Part shown: positions 48,984-58,635 of the stretch, piece by piece
How positions within the stretch are numbered: position 1 is the stretch's first letter
Layout: every line of letters starts with the position of its first letter
Origin: Candidatus Latescibacterota bacterium
Lineage (GTDB): Bacteria > Latescibacterota > UBA2968 > UBA8231
Direction of reading: 5' to 3'
NCBI GenBank assembly: GCA_965217585.1
Contig: OZ244561.1
Span: forward strand, 2,944,001 to 3,008,000
Length of the DNA: 64,000 nucleotides
Position numbers and translations under genes: made by a program
The notes under the pieces: model-generated
The model's input: only the letters and a program-made list of their open reading frames with translations
The model's database searches: none
What the model was told of the DNA's origin: nothing

Positions 48984-49699
48984 GAGAGCAGCCTTTCTCG
49001 CTGCGCCATCTGCCGCAGCCCCGAAAAGAGCAAGAGCGCACCGCCGAGCACCAGCGTCGCGCGGTTGAGCGCGACCATCTCGGCCCACACCGCATCGTCT
49101 AGGCCCAGCGGCAGGCTAAAGGGATTTAAGAAGAGAAAGTAAGCGGTCTCCGCCAGCGACTCGGCGCTCAGCAATACCGCGACCAGTACTCCCAGCGAAA
49201 GCATCCCGGCCGTATTGCTGCTCTTGCAGAGCACCGAAAAGAAGAAGGTCAGATTGGCGATCAGAAACGCCGGTGCGAACGCATTGAGTCCGCCCAGCGC
49301 GAACGGAAATTCGGCGAAGAGGAAATAGGCCGCCGCACTCATGCCCAGCAGGGTCGCCGCCAATAGCAGGTAAACGGCCACCATCCGCAGCGCCCAGATC
49401 CCGTAGTGCGAGGTGGAAGTGCTAAAGAGCGCCTCCAGCGTCCGGCGGTCGCGCTCGCCGGCCACCAGATCCATCGCTAGGTAAATCGCCAAGACCGCGC
49501 CGGGGATCTCCACCAGCACGTAGGGGGCCTGCCCGGCGCTGAACCCCTCGTCCGGCCGGAACACCGCCAGTGCGTAGAGCACTCCGTAGTATGTGGCGAT
49601 ACCCAAAACCATGAGCAGCAGCTTGCGGTGAAAGACGATCCGCGCACTGAGCCAGCACTGGGCGACTAAGCTGGCAAACAGGGTGGTCCAAGTCAGCAC
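48980..49699 (-). CDS. ABC-2 type permease
   Basis: About six TM helices; LVAGERDRRTLEALFS motif; GTG at 49699 overlaps the upstream stop. Confidence 0.8.
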   Translation of the reverse strand: MLTWTTLFASLVAQCWLSARIVFHRKLLLMVLGIATYYGVLYALAVFRPDEGFSAGQAPYVLVEIPGAVLAIYLAMDLVAGERDRRTLEALFSTSTSHYGIWALRMVAVYLLLAATLLGMSAAAYFLFAEFPFALGGLNAFAPAFLIANLTFFFSVLCKSSNTAGMLSLGVLVAVLLSAESLAETAYFLFLNPFSLPLGLDDAVWAEMVALNRATLVLGGALLLFSGLRQMAQRERLLS

Positions 49700-52600
49700 G
49701 AGGGCACGTTCTCCCGTCTCAACACATAGATGTAGGCGTCCTCCAGCGTCGGCTCGACGGGCACGGCCGCCAGCCCCGGCACGGCGTCCGCAGCCAGAAA
49801 CCGCACGCGAATGCCGGCGGGTGCGCGCAAGTGCGAGATCACGTTGACCTGCTCGCCGATCCGGGATAGCTCCTCTTCGGCGACGACCGCCTCCCACGCA
49901 TGGCCTTGCGCCAGATCGCGCATGGCCTGCGGCGTGCCCTCGTAGAGGATGCGGCCGGCATTGAGCACTGCGAGGCGGTTGCAGCTACCGGAAATATCCT
50001 CGACGATGTGGGTCGAGAAAAGGACGATCCGCTCCTGACTGATCCGCGCCAACAGGTTGCGGAAGCGAATCCGCTCCACCGGATCTAGGCCCGCGGTCGG
50101 CTCGTCAACGACGATGATCTGCGGCAGATGCAGCAGGGTCTGCGCGATCCCCACGCGCTGCTTCATGCCGCCGGAAAACGAGCCGATCAGGTCGTCTTGC
50201 CGCCCGTCGAGATTGACCTGTTCGAGGCTGGCACCGACCCGGGCGCGGCGCAGGGCCGGGTCGCGGAATCCCTCCAGCAGGGCGCGATACTCTAGATACT
50301 GATAGGCCGTCAGGTGCTCGTAGAGGCCGAAGTGCTGGGGCAAATAGCCGATCACCCCCTGCACTGGGCCGCGGCGGGTGACATTGACGCCGTCAAAGGC
50401 CACCGATCCCGAGCTTGGCTCCAGCACTTGCGATATGATCCGCATCAGCGTCGTCTTGCCGGCCCCGTTGGGGCCGAGCAGGCCGAACATGCCGCGCCCG
50501 ATCTCCAAGTTGACCCCATAGAGGGCTTGGTATTGCGGCCTTTCCACGCCGATCAGGGGCAGGGCCGCCGCCCCGCGATACGCCCTGCGCACCAGCCACG
50601 CCAGCCGACCTGCCAGCGCCGCCGGATCCACCTCGCCGCGGCGCACCCGGTCGGCCAACAGACGCGCCCCCTGATAGCCCAGCCACACCGCCAGCGAGGC
50701 GACCGTCAGCGAAGGCAGTGCCAAGCGTTGATGTACATAGCCAACCAATAGCAGCGGCACCGCCCATTGCGCCAGCGCGTGCGCCCCCGCGCCCAGACCA
50801 AGCAAAGCCCCCTGCCGCAGCACGTGGGCCACCAAGCCCCACGTCGCCAGCGAGAGCAGGTAGAGCCAGAGCGCGTCCGCAAAGTAGGTGTGTAGAAAGC
50901 CGAGGAGCACCAACAGCGGCAGCTTCCAGCTCAAGCCGTCCTTGATCGCTTTGCGATCTACCGGGTCAATACCTTGAGTCCGCAGTCTTGAGTCGCGGCG
51001 GTCGAAGCGCGTCCACTCCCGGCGGAAGCGCCCGGGGGCACCGTAGATCTTGGTCAGGGTTTGCAGGCGGATCGAATGCACCGCCGGCACCTCGTGCCGC
51101 GCCGCCCGGGCGCGGTAGATCCGCAGGGCAAGCGCGGCCACTCCGAGCAGCAAAAACCACAGCGGCAGCGCCAAGAGCACCGGCCAGAACAGGCTCGCGG
51201 ACTCCATATACAACGCGACCACAGCCGCCGCCGCGACCACAGTCGCCAATCCCACGCCGACGCGGCCGATCCCCCTGAGCCACGCCCGCACCTGATCCAG
51301 CCCCATATAGGCCACCGGCACGAAGATCAGCGTCGAGACCATCGACACCGCCAGCCCCCCCAAGACGGTGATGGCGAAGGGCGGCCAGACCTCGTAGTCG
51401 CCGCCGAAGTCGAGCGCCAAAGGCATCACGCCCAACAGGGTCGTCGCCGAGGTCATCAGGATCGGCCGCACCCTGGAGCGAGCGGCCGCCAGCACCGCCC
51501 GCTCGCGGCGGCAGCCTTCCCGCTCGCGGAGCGTGCCAATGGCGTCGATGAGGATAATGCCGTTGTTGACGGCAATGCCGATCAACACGATAAAGCCCAG
51601 CAGAGCCATCGGCCCCGCCTGCGAGCTTAGCCCGGTGCCCGTCAGCATCAGCGCCCAGCACGAGCCAATCGCCGCGGTCGGCAGGGTGCAAAAGATCAGC
51701 AGCGGCGAGGCGAACGATTCAAAGAGCGAGGCCAGCACCATGTAGGTCAGCACCGCCGCGATCCCCATCATCCAGTAGTAGATCGCATCCGTTGCGACCT
51801 CGGCGATCTCGATGGTGTAGTCGCCGGGCAGCACCAAGTCTTGGACCACTGCCCGCACTTGGTCCCGCGCCGCGTCGAGCAGGGGCTGCGAGTCGAGGAT
51901 TTCGTCTGTGAACTGATAGGAGACCACCACGCGCCGCGCTTGGTCGGTGCGCAGGATACTATTGCGCCCCTCGTCGGTGCGCACCTTGGCCAGCTCCGCA
52001 AGCGGCACATACTCACCCGTACTGGTCAGCACCGGAATGGCCCCAACCCCGGCGCGCCCGGGCCCATCGGCCTCTGGGTCTGCGGTCGGCCGCACCTCGA
52101 TGGGGATCTCGCTGCCGTCGGCCTTGAGGAAATCCGTCTGTGCTGCGAAGCCTTCTGGATTGGCGTTGGCTATCGCGCTCAGGACGGTGTTGACGCGCAG
52201 GTCGTGGTCGAAAAGCGCCAGCGGACGGGGAATCACCTGGATCTCGGGGCCGCTGCGCTGGAGGTCGGGCCGCACGCTGTTGGCGTCGATTTCCTCCAAC
52301 TCTTCGAGCCGATAGGACAAATCGTCGGCGATCATCTGCAACACCGCGAAGTCGTACCCCTTGATCAGCGCCGTCTCTGAGGTGGCCCCCGCCTGCAAGT
52401 TGAAACCCCCGGTCCCCCCGGTCCCCCCGGTCCCCCCCCCGCGTCCGCCACCCCGTCCCCTGCCGCCGCCGAAACTGCTAGCCTGCGGTTCGTAGCCGAT
52501 CAGGGCACCCTGAATTTCCTGCAACTCGCCGTCGAGCTGGTCCTTCAATTCCTCGGCCGACACCCGCTCGGGCCGCTCGTCGCGGTCGAGGAGCATCACC

Positions 52601-54396
52601 GTGACGCTGCCCTGCCCCTCCTGGACGCTGGTCGTAAACCGCTCAATGCCCGGCAGTACTTGCACCGCGTCCTCAATCTGTCGCATCACCTCGTCTGTCG
52701 CATCGAGGGTCGCGCCGTCGGAGAGACTCGCGTACACCGAAAACCGAGTCTCCGCGGCGATGACTTCCTGTTGCAGCAGGAAAAAGAACGCGGCCACCAA
52801 CGTCGCCAGCAGCACCAGGAACACGCCGCAAGCCACTGCGCCCCGATGGCGCAAACTGGCCTTGAGGAACAGCGTGTACCTCCCCATTAGCCTTCCCGTG
52901 CCCAAAGGTGCCGATGCCTGACGCTCGAGCATCCGCGCCGCCAACGCGGGTACCAGCGACAGGGCCACCAGCAGCGAGGCCAGCAGCGGGAAGGTGATCG
53001 CCAGCGCCAACTCGCGCAGAATGTCCTGGAAGTCGCTCTGGATAAAGACTACCGGCAAAAAGACCAGTGCCGTTGTCGCCGTCGCCGCGATCACTGCCTT
53101 GCTCACTTCCTCCGTGCCGTCGCGCGCCGCCTCTACGGGCGATTTGCCCCGCTCGAAGTGCTTGAAGATGCTCTCCATCACCACGATGCTGTTGTCGGTC
53201 AGCATCCCCATCGCCAGTGCCAGCCCGCAGAGCGAGAGCACGTTGAGCGTTAGATCCGAGGCGTACATCAAGTTGAACGTCGCCAGCAGCGAAGCCGGAA
53301 TCGCCAGTAGCAGGATGGCCACAAAGTGCGCATTGCGCAGAAAGAGGAACAGCACCGCCAACCCCAACACCAGCCCGACCAACGCCGCCTGTTTCAGGGT
53401 GTCGAGCGAGTCCTCCATCAGCGCGGCTTGGTTGTTGGTGACGATCAGCGACACACCCTCGGGCGCGAAGTCGCGGTTGAGCTGGGCGATCGCCGTGGCC
53501 ACTGCATCGGCGACCGCGATCAGGTTGGCCTCGTCCTCTTTCTGGATCAGGATCCCCACCGCCGACTGGCCGTTGACCCGGCTCAAGTCCGTGCGCTGCT
53601 GCAACCCGTAACCCACCTCGGCCACATCCCCCAAGCGCAGCGGGATCGACGCGTCGATGAGGGTCTCGTCAATCTGCCGCAAGTCGCCAAACTGCCCCTG
53701 AAAGCTGACCGGAAAGACTTGGCTGCCGTCGTACACCGCGCCGAGATAGACCCGGGGCTGGTTGGCGTCGGCGAGCGCGTTGCGCAGATCGGCCATCGTC
53801 AACTGGTAGGCTTGCAGGCGCTCCGGCTCGGCGACGATCTCCACCGCGCTTTGCCGACCGCCCAATACCTGGGCGCTGACCACCCCTTCGACCGCGGCCA
53901 GCGCGGGGGCGATATGTTCCTCGGTGTAGTCCCTGAGCCAGTTGAGGTCCGCCTCTGCTGCCAGGACCTGCAATTCCATCACCGTCGCGCTCAGATCGTT
54001 CTCGTCGAAGCGCTGCACCGCGATTTGGGTCCGGGCGGGAAAACTTGGTTGCAGGCGGTCCATCCGGCTCTGCACCTGCAAGAGCGCGAATTTCATATCC
54101 GTGCCCGGCTCGTAGGATATCCGCACATTGCCCCGGTTGAGCGAGGCGGTAGAAGTCATTTCCACCACGCCTTCGAGCTGACTTATTTCCTCCTCGACCG
54201 GCATCACCAACTCGCGCTCGACCTGTTCGGGTGCCATGCCCTGCTGCGCGATCGCGACGAAGATCTCGGGGTACACCACCTCGGGCATCAGCTCCACGGG
54301 CAGGCGGTCGAGCGAGATCAGCCCCAACAGCGAGACCGCGGAGAAAAACATCGCCGTCGTCACTGGGCGGCGGATGGAGAAGGCCGACAAGCTCAC
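49693..54396 (-). CDS. RND (AcrB-family) permease fused to a C-terminal ABC ATPase
   Basis: Start VSLSAFSIRRPV at 54396 (GTGA overlap). RND motifs GMLTDNSIVVMES and RVRPILMTS, then GPNGAGKTT, FSGGMKQR, VVDEPT and STH in the same frame. Confidence 0.9.
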   Translation of the reverse strand: MSLSAFSIRRPVTTAMFFSAVSLLGLISLDRLPVELMPEVVYPEIFVAIAQQGMAPEQVERELVMPVEEEISQLEGVVEMTSTASLNRGNVRISYEPGTDMKFALLQVQSRMDRLQPSFPARTQIAVQRFDENDLSATVMELQVLAAEADLNWLRDYTEEHIAPALAAVEGVVSAQVLGGRQSAVEIVAEPERLQAYQLTMADLRNALADANQPRVYLGAVYDGSQVFPVSFQGQFGDLRQIDETLIDASIPLRLGDVAEVGYGLQQRTDLSRVNGQSAVGILIQKEDEANLIAVADAVATAIAQLNRDFAPEGVSLIVTNNQAALMEDSLDTLKQAALVGLVLGLAVLFLFLRNAHFVAILLLAIPASLLATFNLMYASDLTLNVLSLCGLALAMGMLTDNSIVVMESIFKHFERGKSPVEAARDGTEEVSKAVIAATATTALVFLPVVFIQSDFQDILRELALAITFPLLASLLVALSLVPALAARMLERQASAPLGTGRLMGRYTLFLKASLRHRGAVACGVFLVLLATLVAAFFFLLQQEVIAAETRFSVYASLSDGATLDATDEVMRQIEDAVQVLPGIERFTTSVQEGQGSVTVMLLDRDERPERVSAEELKDQLDGELQEIQGALIGYEPQASSFGGGRGRGGGRGGGTGGTGGTGGFNLQAGATSETALIKGYDFAVLQMIADDLSYRLEELEEIDANSVRPDLQRSGPEIQVIPRPLALFDHDLRVNTVLSAIANANPEGFAAQTDFLKADGSEIPIEVRPTADPEADGPGRAGVGAIPVLTSTGEYVPLAELAKVRTDEGRNSILRTDQARRVVVSYQFTDEILDSQPLLDAARDQVRAVVQDLVLPGDYTIEIAEVATDAIYYWMMGIAAVLTYMVLASLFESFASPLLIFCTLPTAAIGSCWALMLTGTGLSSQAGPMALLGFIVLIGIAVNNGIILIDAIGTLREREGCRRERAVLAAARSRVRPILMTSATTLLGVMPLALDFGGDYEVWPPFAITVLGGLAVSMVSTLIFVPVAYMGLDQVRAWLRGIGRVGVGLATVVAAAAVVALYMESASLFWPVLLALPLWFLLLGVAALALRIYRARAARHEVPAVHSIRLQTLTKIYGAPGRFRREWTRFDRRDSRLRTQGIDPVDRKAIKDGLSWKLPLLVLLGFLHTYFADALWLYLLSLATWGLVAHVLRQGALLGLGAGAHALAQWAVPLLLVGYVHQRLALPSLTVASLAVWLGYQGARLLADRVRRGEVDPAALAGRLAWLVRRAYRGAAALPLIGVERPQYQALYGVNLEIGRGMFGLLGPNGAGKTTLMRIISQVLEPSSGSVAFDGVNVTRRGPVQGVIGYLPQHFGLYEHLTAYQYLEYRALLEGFRDPALRRARVGASLEQVNLDGRQDDLIGSFSGGMKQRVGIAQTLLHLPQIIVVDEPTAGLDPVERIRFRNLLARISQERIVLFSTHIVEDISGSCNRLAVLNAGRILYEGTPQAMRDLAQGHAWEAVVAEEELSRIGEQVNVISHLRAPAGIRVRFLAADAVPGLAAVPVEPTLEDAYIYVLRRENVPSC

Positions 54397-57300
54397 CGCA
54401 GCCGCTCCACCGTCTCGTAGGCCACGGGAATGACCACCAGCGTCATCAGCGTCGCGGAAATAAGTCCGCCGATCACCGCAATCGCCATCGGCGCCCGCAA
54501 GGCCGCCCCTTCGCCCACCCCGATTGCCATCGGCGCGAGCGCCAAAATCGTGGTTGCCGTCGTCATCAGGATCGGCCGCAGCCGGTCCTGCGCGCCCTGC
54601 AGCACGGCCGCGCGCACCGTCGGCAACTGCGCCCGTAGCTGGTTGATGCGATCGACCAATACGATAGAGTCGTTGACCGCGATCCCGCCCAGCATGATGA
54701 TGCCGATATAGGCCATTGCGCTCAGCGGCTCGCCCAGCCCCCAGAAGGCCCACACCACGCCGACGCCAGCCAGCGGCACGGTCAGCATCACGGTAAAGGG
54801 GTGCAGCAGCGACTCAAAAAGCGAGGCCATCACCATGTACACCAGCACCACCGAGAGCAGCAGCGCGAACTGCAAGTCGGCAAAGGACTCCTGTCGCTCG
54901 CGCTCCTCGCCGCCGATGGCGATCCGATAACCACGGGGCAGGGCCATGCTATTGACGACCTGCTCGACCTGCCCGATGGCCTCGCCCAACACCGCGCCTT
55001 CGACCAGATAACCCGCCACCCGCCCGACCCGGCGCTGGTCCTCGCGCAAAATCTCGCGCGGCCCTTCGACAAGTATGGGATCCGACAAATCGCCCAGAGC
55101 CAGAATCGCCCCATCGGGCGCATCAATCCGCAACTGCGGCAGCTCGCGCAAGTCGAAGCGCGCAAAACCGACGCGGATGTCGCGCGAGCGTTGGTCTTTG
55201 GACAACTCGCCGATTACCTCGCCCGACAGCCGGCGCTCCAGCGCCTGCACGATGGTCGCGACGGTCAGCCCGCTGGCGACGACCGCGTCCTCGCGCAGCC
55301 GCAGGTCGATCTCAGGTTGGCCGCCTTGGAAGTTCGAAGTGACGTTGTACACGCTCGGCAGCTCCTCCAAGCGGGCGGCGAGATCGGCGCACAGGCGGCG
55401 CAACACTTCCACCTCGTCGCCAATAATCTCCACTTGGACCGGGGCCGTCCGCTCGCCCAGCACTCCTTCGAGCGCGGTCTCGTGTAGCTGGTATTGCACG
55501 TCTAGTTCGGGGATTTGCGCCAATTGCGCGTCAACGACCTCGACCAGTTGCGGCAGGTTGCGACTGGTCTGCTGGGCCAGCGCGACCGACAGCGTGGCGC
55601 GGTTGGGTCCGGTAGGGTCGCCGATGTTGGCCAGCCGCGCCGGGTCCACGCCCGCCCGGGCGTACACTCCGGCCACATCGTCGCCGCCTACCTCGCCGAT
55701 GATCTCCCCCACCCGCTTGGCCACCCGATCGGTCAGCTCCAGCCGCGACCCTTGCGCCAGTGACAACTCCACGTGGAAAAGCCCTTGGTCTTCGCGCGGG
55801 ATAAACTCGGTGGGGATTGCGCGGGCGACGTAGGCCGTGCCCGCGCCCGTTGCGGCCACCAGCAACAAAACCACTCCCTTGTGGTCGAGCACCGCGTTGA
55901 GCAAAGCGCGGAAGCGCAACCAGCGCTGCTCGGTTGTCGCCCCGCCGCGCCCGCGCAAAAAACGCGAGGTTAGCATCGGCACGGTCATCATCGCCACCGC
56001 CAGTGACGAGACGAGCGAAAAAGCCACGGTCCAGGCTTGGTCCTTAAACAGTTCGCTGGTCAGCCCTTGCAGGTAAACGATCGGCAGGAAAACCGACACG
56101 GTCGTCAGCGTCGAGGCCGTAATCGCCACCCCGACCTCGCTGGCTCCCTTTGTCGAAGCTTGGCGCGCGTCTTCGCCCCGCTCGAGGTGGCGGTAGATAT
56201 TCTCAATGACCACGATCGCGTTATCGACCAGCATCCCCGCCCCTAGCGCCAAGCCGCCGAGGGTCATGATATTGAGCGTCAGATCCTCGAAATACATCAG
56301 GGTAAAGGTCGCTAGAATTGAAATCGGAATCGCCAGGCCGATCACCAAAGTCGCCGTCCACGAGCGCAAGAAAAACAGCAATACCCCCACCGCCAACACC
56401 GCCCCGTGCAGCGCCGCCTCTTTGACCTCGGCTACGGCCTCCTCGATAAAGCGCGCTTGGTTTTCAACCACTGCAAAGCGCAACTCGGGCAAGTCTTGGT
56501 CGAGCTCGCCGATGGATTCGAGCACCCGGTTGATGACCTGTACCGTATTGCTACCGGCCTCCTTGTAGAGCGCCAAGCCGATGCACTCGACTCCGTCGAG
56601 CCGCACGATCGTCTCCCGTTCCGCGTACTCCAGCGCCACCCGTCCCACTTCGCGCACGTAAACCGGCACCTGCAACCCCGCCTCGACGCCTGCCCCCTGC
56701 CGCGCCCCGACGATCACATTGCGCACGTCCGCTAGGTCTTTGAGCCGCCCCAGCCCCTTGACCTGGTACGATTGCTGCGCCTCGCGCAAGGTCCCCCCGG
56801 ACACGTCCTCATTGGCCGAGGTAATCGCCGCGATGACTTGGTCGGCGTCCTGCCCAAAGGCTTCGAGCAGGTACGGATCCAACGTCACCCGGATTTCTTT
56901 TTCCGCATCTCCTTCGATGTCTGCCGAGGCCACCCCGGCGAGTGCTTCCAGCTTGGGCTTGACCACGGTCTCGACCGCGCCCAACAGCTCGTCGAGGTCG
57001 GCCAACTCCGTCGCCGAGACCGCGATCCGCATCACCGGCAGCGCCTGCGGGTCCTCCTGAATGACATCGAGCGTTTCAATATCCTCGTCGGTGGCGTACA
57101 CCCCCATCTTCTTCTGCACGTCGATCAGGGCAAAATCCATATCCGCTTCCCAATCGAACTCGGCCACCACCACGGACTGCCCTGAGCGGGTGATCGAATA
57201 GACCCGAGCGACTCCGCTGATCGTGCTGATGTCGCGCTCCAGCCGCCGCGTATATTGCTCTTCCACCTCCTGCGGCGCCTTGCCGGGCACCTGCAAGTCA

Positions 57301-57440
57301 ACTGTGATGACCGGCGTGTGCATGTTGGGCAGCAGGTCGGTCCCCAATTTGCTTAGGGAGATCGCCCCCAACAGCGCCACCGCGAGGGTCAGCATCAACA
57401 CGGTGACGGGATAGCGGGTGGAAAACTCAGGTAGCGACAT
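54393..57440 (-). CDS. RND (AcrB-family) permease
   Basis: MSLPEFSTRYPV start at 57440; GMLVDNAIVVIENI, MASLFES and RLRPILMTT motifs. Confidence 0.93.
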   Translation of the reverse strand: MSLPEFSTRYPVTVLMLTLAVALLGAISLSKLGTDLLPNMHTPVITVDLQVPGKAPQEVEEQYTRRLERDISTISGVARVYSITRSGQSVVVAEFDWEADMDFALIDVQKKMGVYATDEDIETLDVIQEDPQALPVMRIAVSATELADLDELLGAVETVVKPKLEALAGVASADIEGDAEKEIRVTLDPYLLEAFGQDADQVIAAITSANEDVSGGTLREAQQSYQVKGLGRLKDLADVRNVIVGARQGAGVEAGLQVPVYVREVGRVALEYAERETIVRLDGVECIGLALYKEAGSNTVQVINRVLESIGELDQDLPELRFAVVENQARFIEEAVAEVKEAALHGAVLAVGVLLFFLRSWTATLVIGLAIPISILATFTLMYFEDLTLNIMTLGGLALGAGMLVDNAIVVIENIYRHLERGEDARQASTKGASEVGVAITASTLTTVSVFLPIVYLQGLTSELFKDQAWTVAFSLVSSLAVAMMTVPMLTSRFLRGRGGATTEQRWLRFRALLNAVLDHKGVVLLLVAATGAGTAYVARAIPTEFIPREDQGLFHVELSLAQGSRLELTDRVAKRVGEIIGEVGGDDVAGVYARAGVDPARLANIGDPTGPNRATLSVALAQQTSRNLPQLVEVVDAQLAQIPELDVQYQLHETALEGVLGERTAPVQVEIIGDEVEVLRRLCADLAARLEELPSVYNVTSNFQGGQPEIDLRLREDAVVASGLTVATIVQALERRLSGEVIGELSKDQRSRDIRVGFARFDLRELPQLRIDAPDGAILALGDLSDPILVEGPREILREDQRRVGRVAGYLVEGAVLGEAIGQVEQVVNSMALPRGYRIAIGGEERERQESFADLQFALLLSVVLVYMVMASLFESLLHPFTVMLTVPLAGVGVVWAFWGLGEPLSAMAYIGIIMLGGIAVNDSIVLVDRINQLRAQLPTVRAAVLQGAQDRLRPILMTTATTILALAPMAIGVGEGAALRAPMAIAVIGGLISATLMTLVVIPVAYETVERLR

Positions 57441-57450
57441 AATGCGAGTA

Positions 57451-58548
57451 CTATCTCCCCGGCCCGCCCCGACCACCTGCCCCCCTAGCCTCTCCGGTCC
57501 CCGTTACACTGACCCGCGTCCGCGACCGCAGGGTCTCGTAGTTGCTCGTAATCAGCCGCTCCCCCTCCTCCACGCCGCGCAGCACCTCCACGAACGTTTC
57601 GTCCTCTAGCCCGGTCTCAATTTCCCGCATCTGCGCCCGTGCGCTTTCTTCGACGAATACGACCTCGCGATTCCTCCTCACTAGCACCAACTCGCGCGGT
57701 ACCAGCACCACGTCGGCGTGCGACTCGACCACGATCTCGGCCTTGACGAACATCCCTGGCCGCAGCAAGTGCTCGGGGTTGTCTATCGCCGCCACCGCGC
57801 GAAAGGTCCGCGTCGCGGCATCCACCACCGGGTCAACCGCGACGATGCGGCCGGCGAACACCTCGTCCGGGTAGGAGTAATCGACCGCCCGCACGGGCTG
57901 ATCCAGCGCGATGTGGCGGATTTGCGAGTTGGGAATCTGCAAGTCGAGCAGCACCGCGCTGTAATCGACGATGCGGCAGATCTGGATGTTCGCCTCGACC
58001 AGCGTCTGCTCGCTGGCGTCGGTGAACTCGCTGAGCACCCCGGAGATCGGGGCGGTAATTGCGGTCTTGCCGATCTGGACCAAGGCGTCGTCGTAGTCCG
58101 ACTGCGCGTCGGCCAAATCCTTGCGCGCCGCTTCGACATCGAACTGGGTCACCAAGCCGCGCTCGACTAGGACTTCTTGTTCGGCGAGGGTTTGGCGCGC
58201 GTTCTGCACGGCCAGCTTGCGCGCCTCCAGCCGGGCACCGACCACCAGTTCCTCGTTGTCGAGGCGGGCGAGCACTTGGCCCTGCTGCACGGCCATCCCC
58301 TCGGTCGGCTTGCGCCCGTCGCCTAGTTGGACCAGCGACAGGAACCCCCGCGTCTCGGTGACCACCACTGCTTCCTGCACTGACCGCAGGGTGCCGGTGG
58401 AGGTAACGACGGACTCGATGGTCCCCAACCCCACCGGCTGCACGGTGACCGGGACCGTCAAATCGGCCGTCTGCTGGACGGTCTCGCTTTCGCAGCCGAT
58501 TAGCAACAGGAGCGCCCATGCCGAGGCGCATAGGATTGTATATCGCAT
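57451..58548 (-). CDS. RND periplasmic adaptor (MFP) lipoprotein
   Basis: Lipobox LIGC; ITAPISG, VDAATRT and LRPGMF motifs. Confidence 0.92.
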   Translation of the reverse strand: MRYTILCASAWALLLLIGCESETVQQTADLTVPVTVQPVGLGTIESVVTSTGTLRSVQEAVVVTETRGFLSLVQLGDGRKPTEGMAVQQGQVLARLDNEELVVGARLEARKLAVQNARQTLAEQEVLVERGLVTQFDVEAARKDLADAQSDYDDALVQIGKTAITAPISGVLSEFTDASEQTLVEANIQICRIVDYSAVLLDLQIPNSQIRHIALDQPVRAVDYSYPDEVFAGRIVAVDPVVDAATRTFRAVAAIDNPEHLLRPGMFVKAEIVVESHADVVLVPRELVLVRRNREVVFVEESARAQMREIETGLEDETFVEVLRGVEEGERLITSNYETLRSRTRVSVTGTGEARGAGGRGGPGR

Positions 58549-58635
58549 ATTTACCTCAGAGCAGGGCAAGCACAAGGGCTGCCCCGACAAGATTTGTTGG
58601 TATAGATGCTTTAGGATGTGCCCTACGGATATGTC

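Noticed and set aside
49693-54753. 1686-aa version of the RND-ABC fusion in the ORF track
   Set aside because: The first ~119 codons overlap RND-1 in another frame; the GTG at 54396 gives a typical RND N-terminus and translational coupling.
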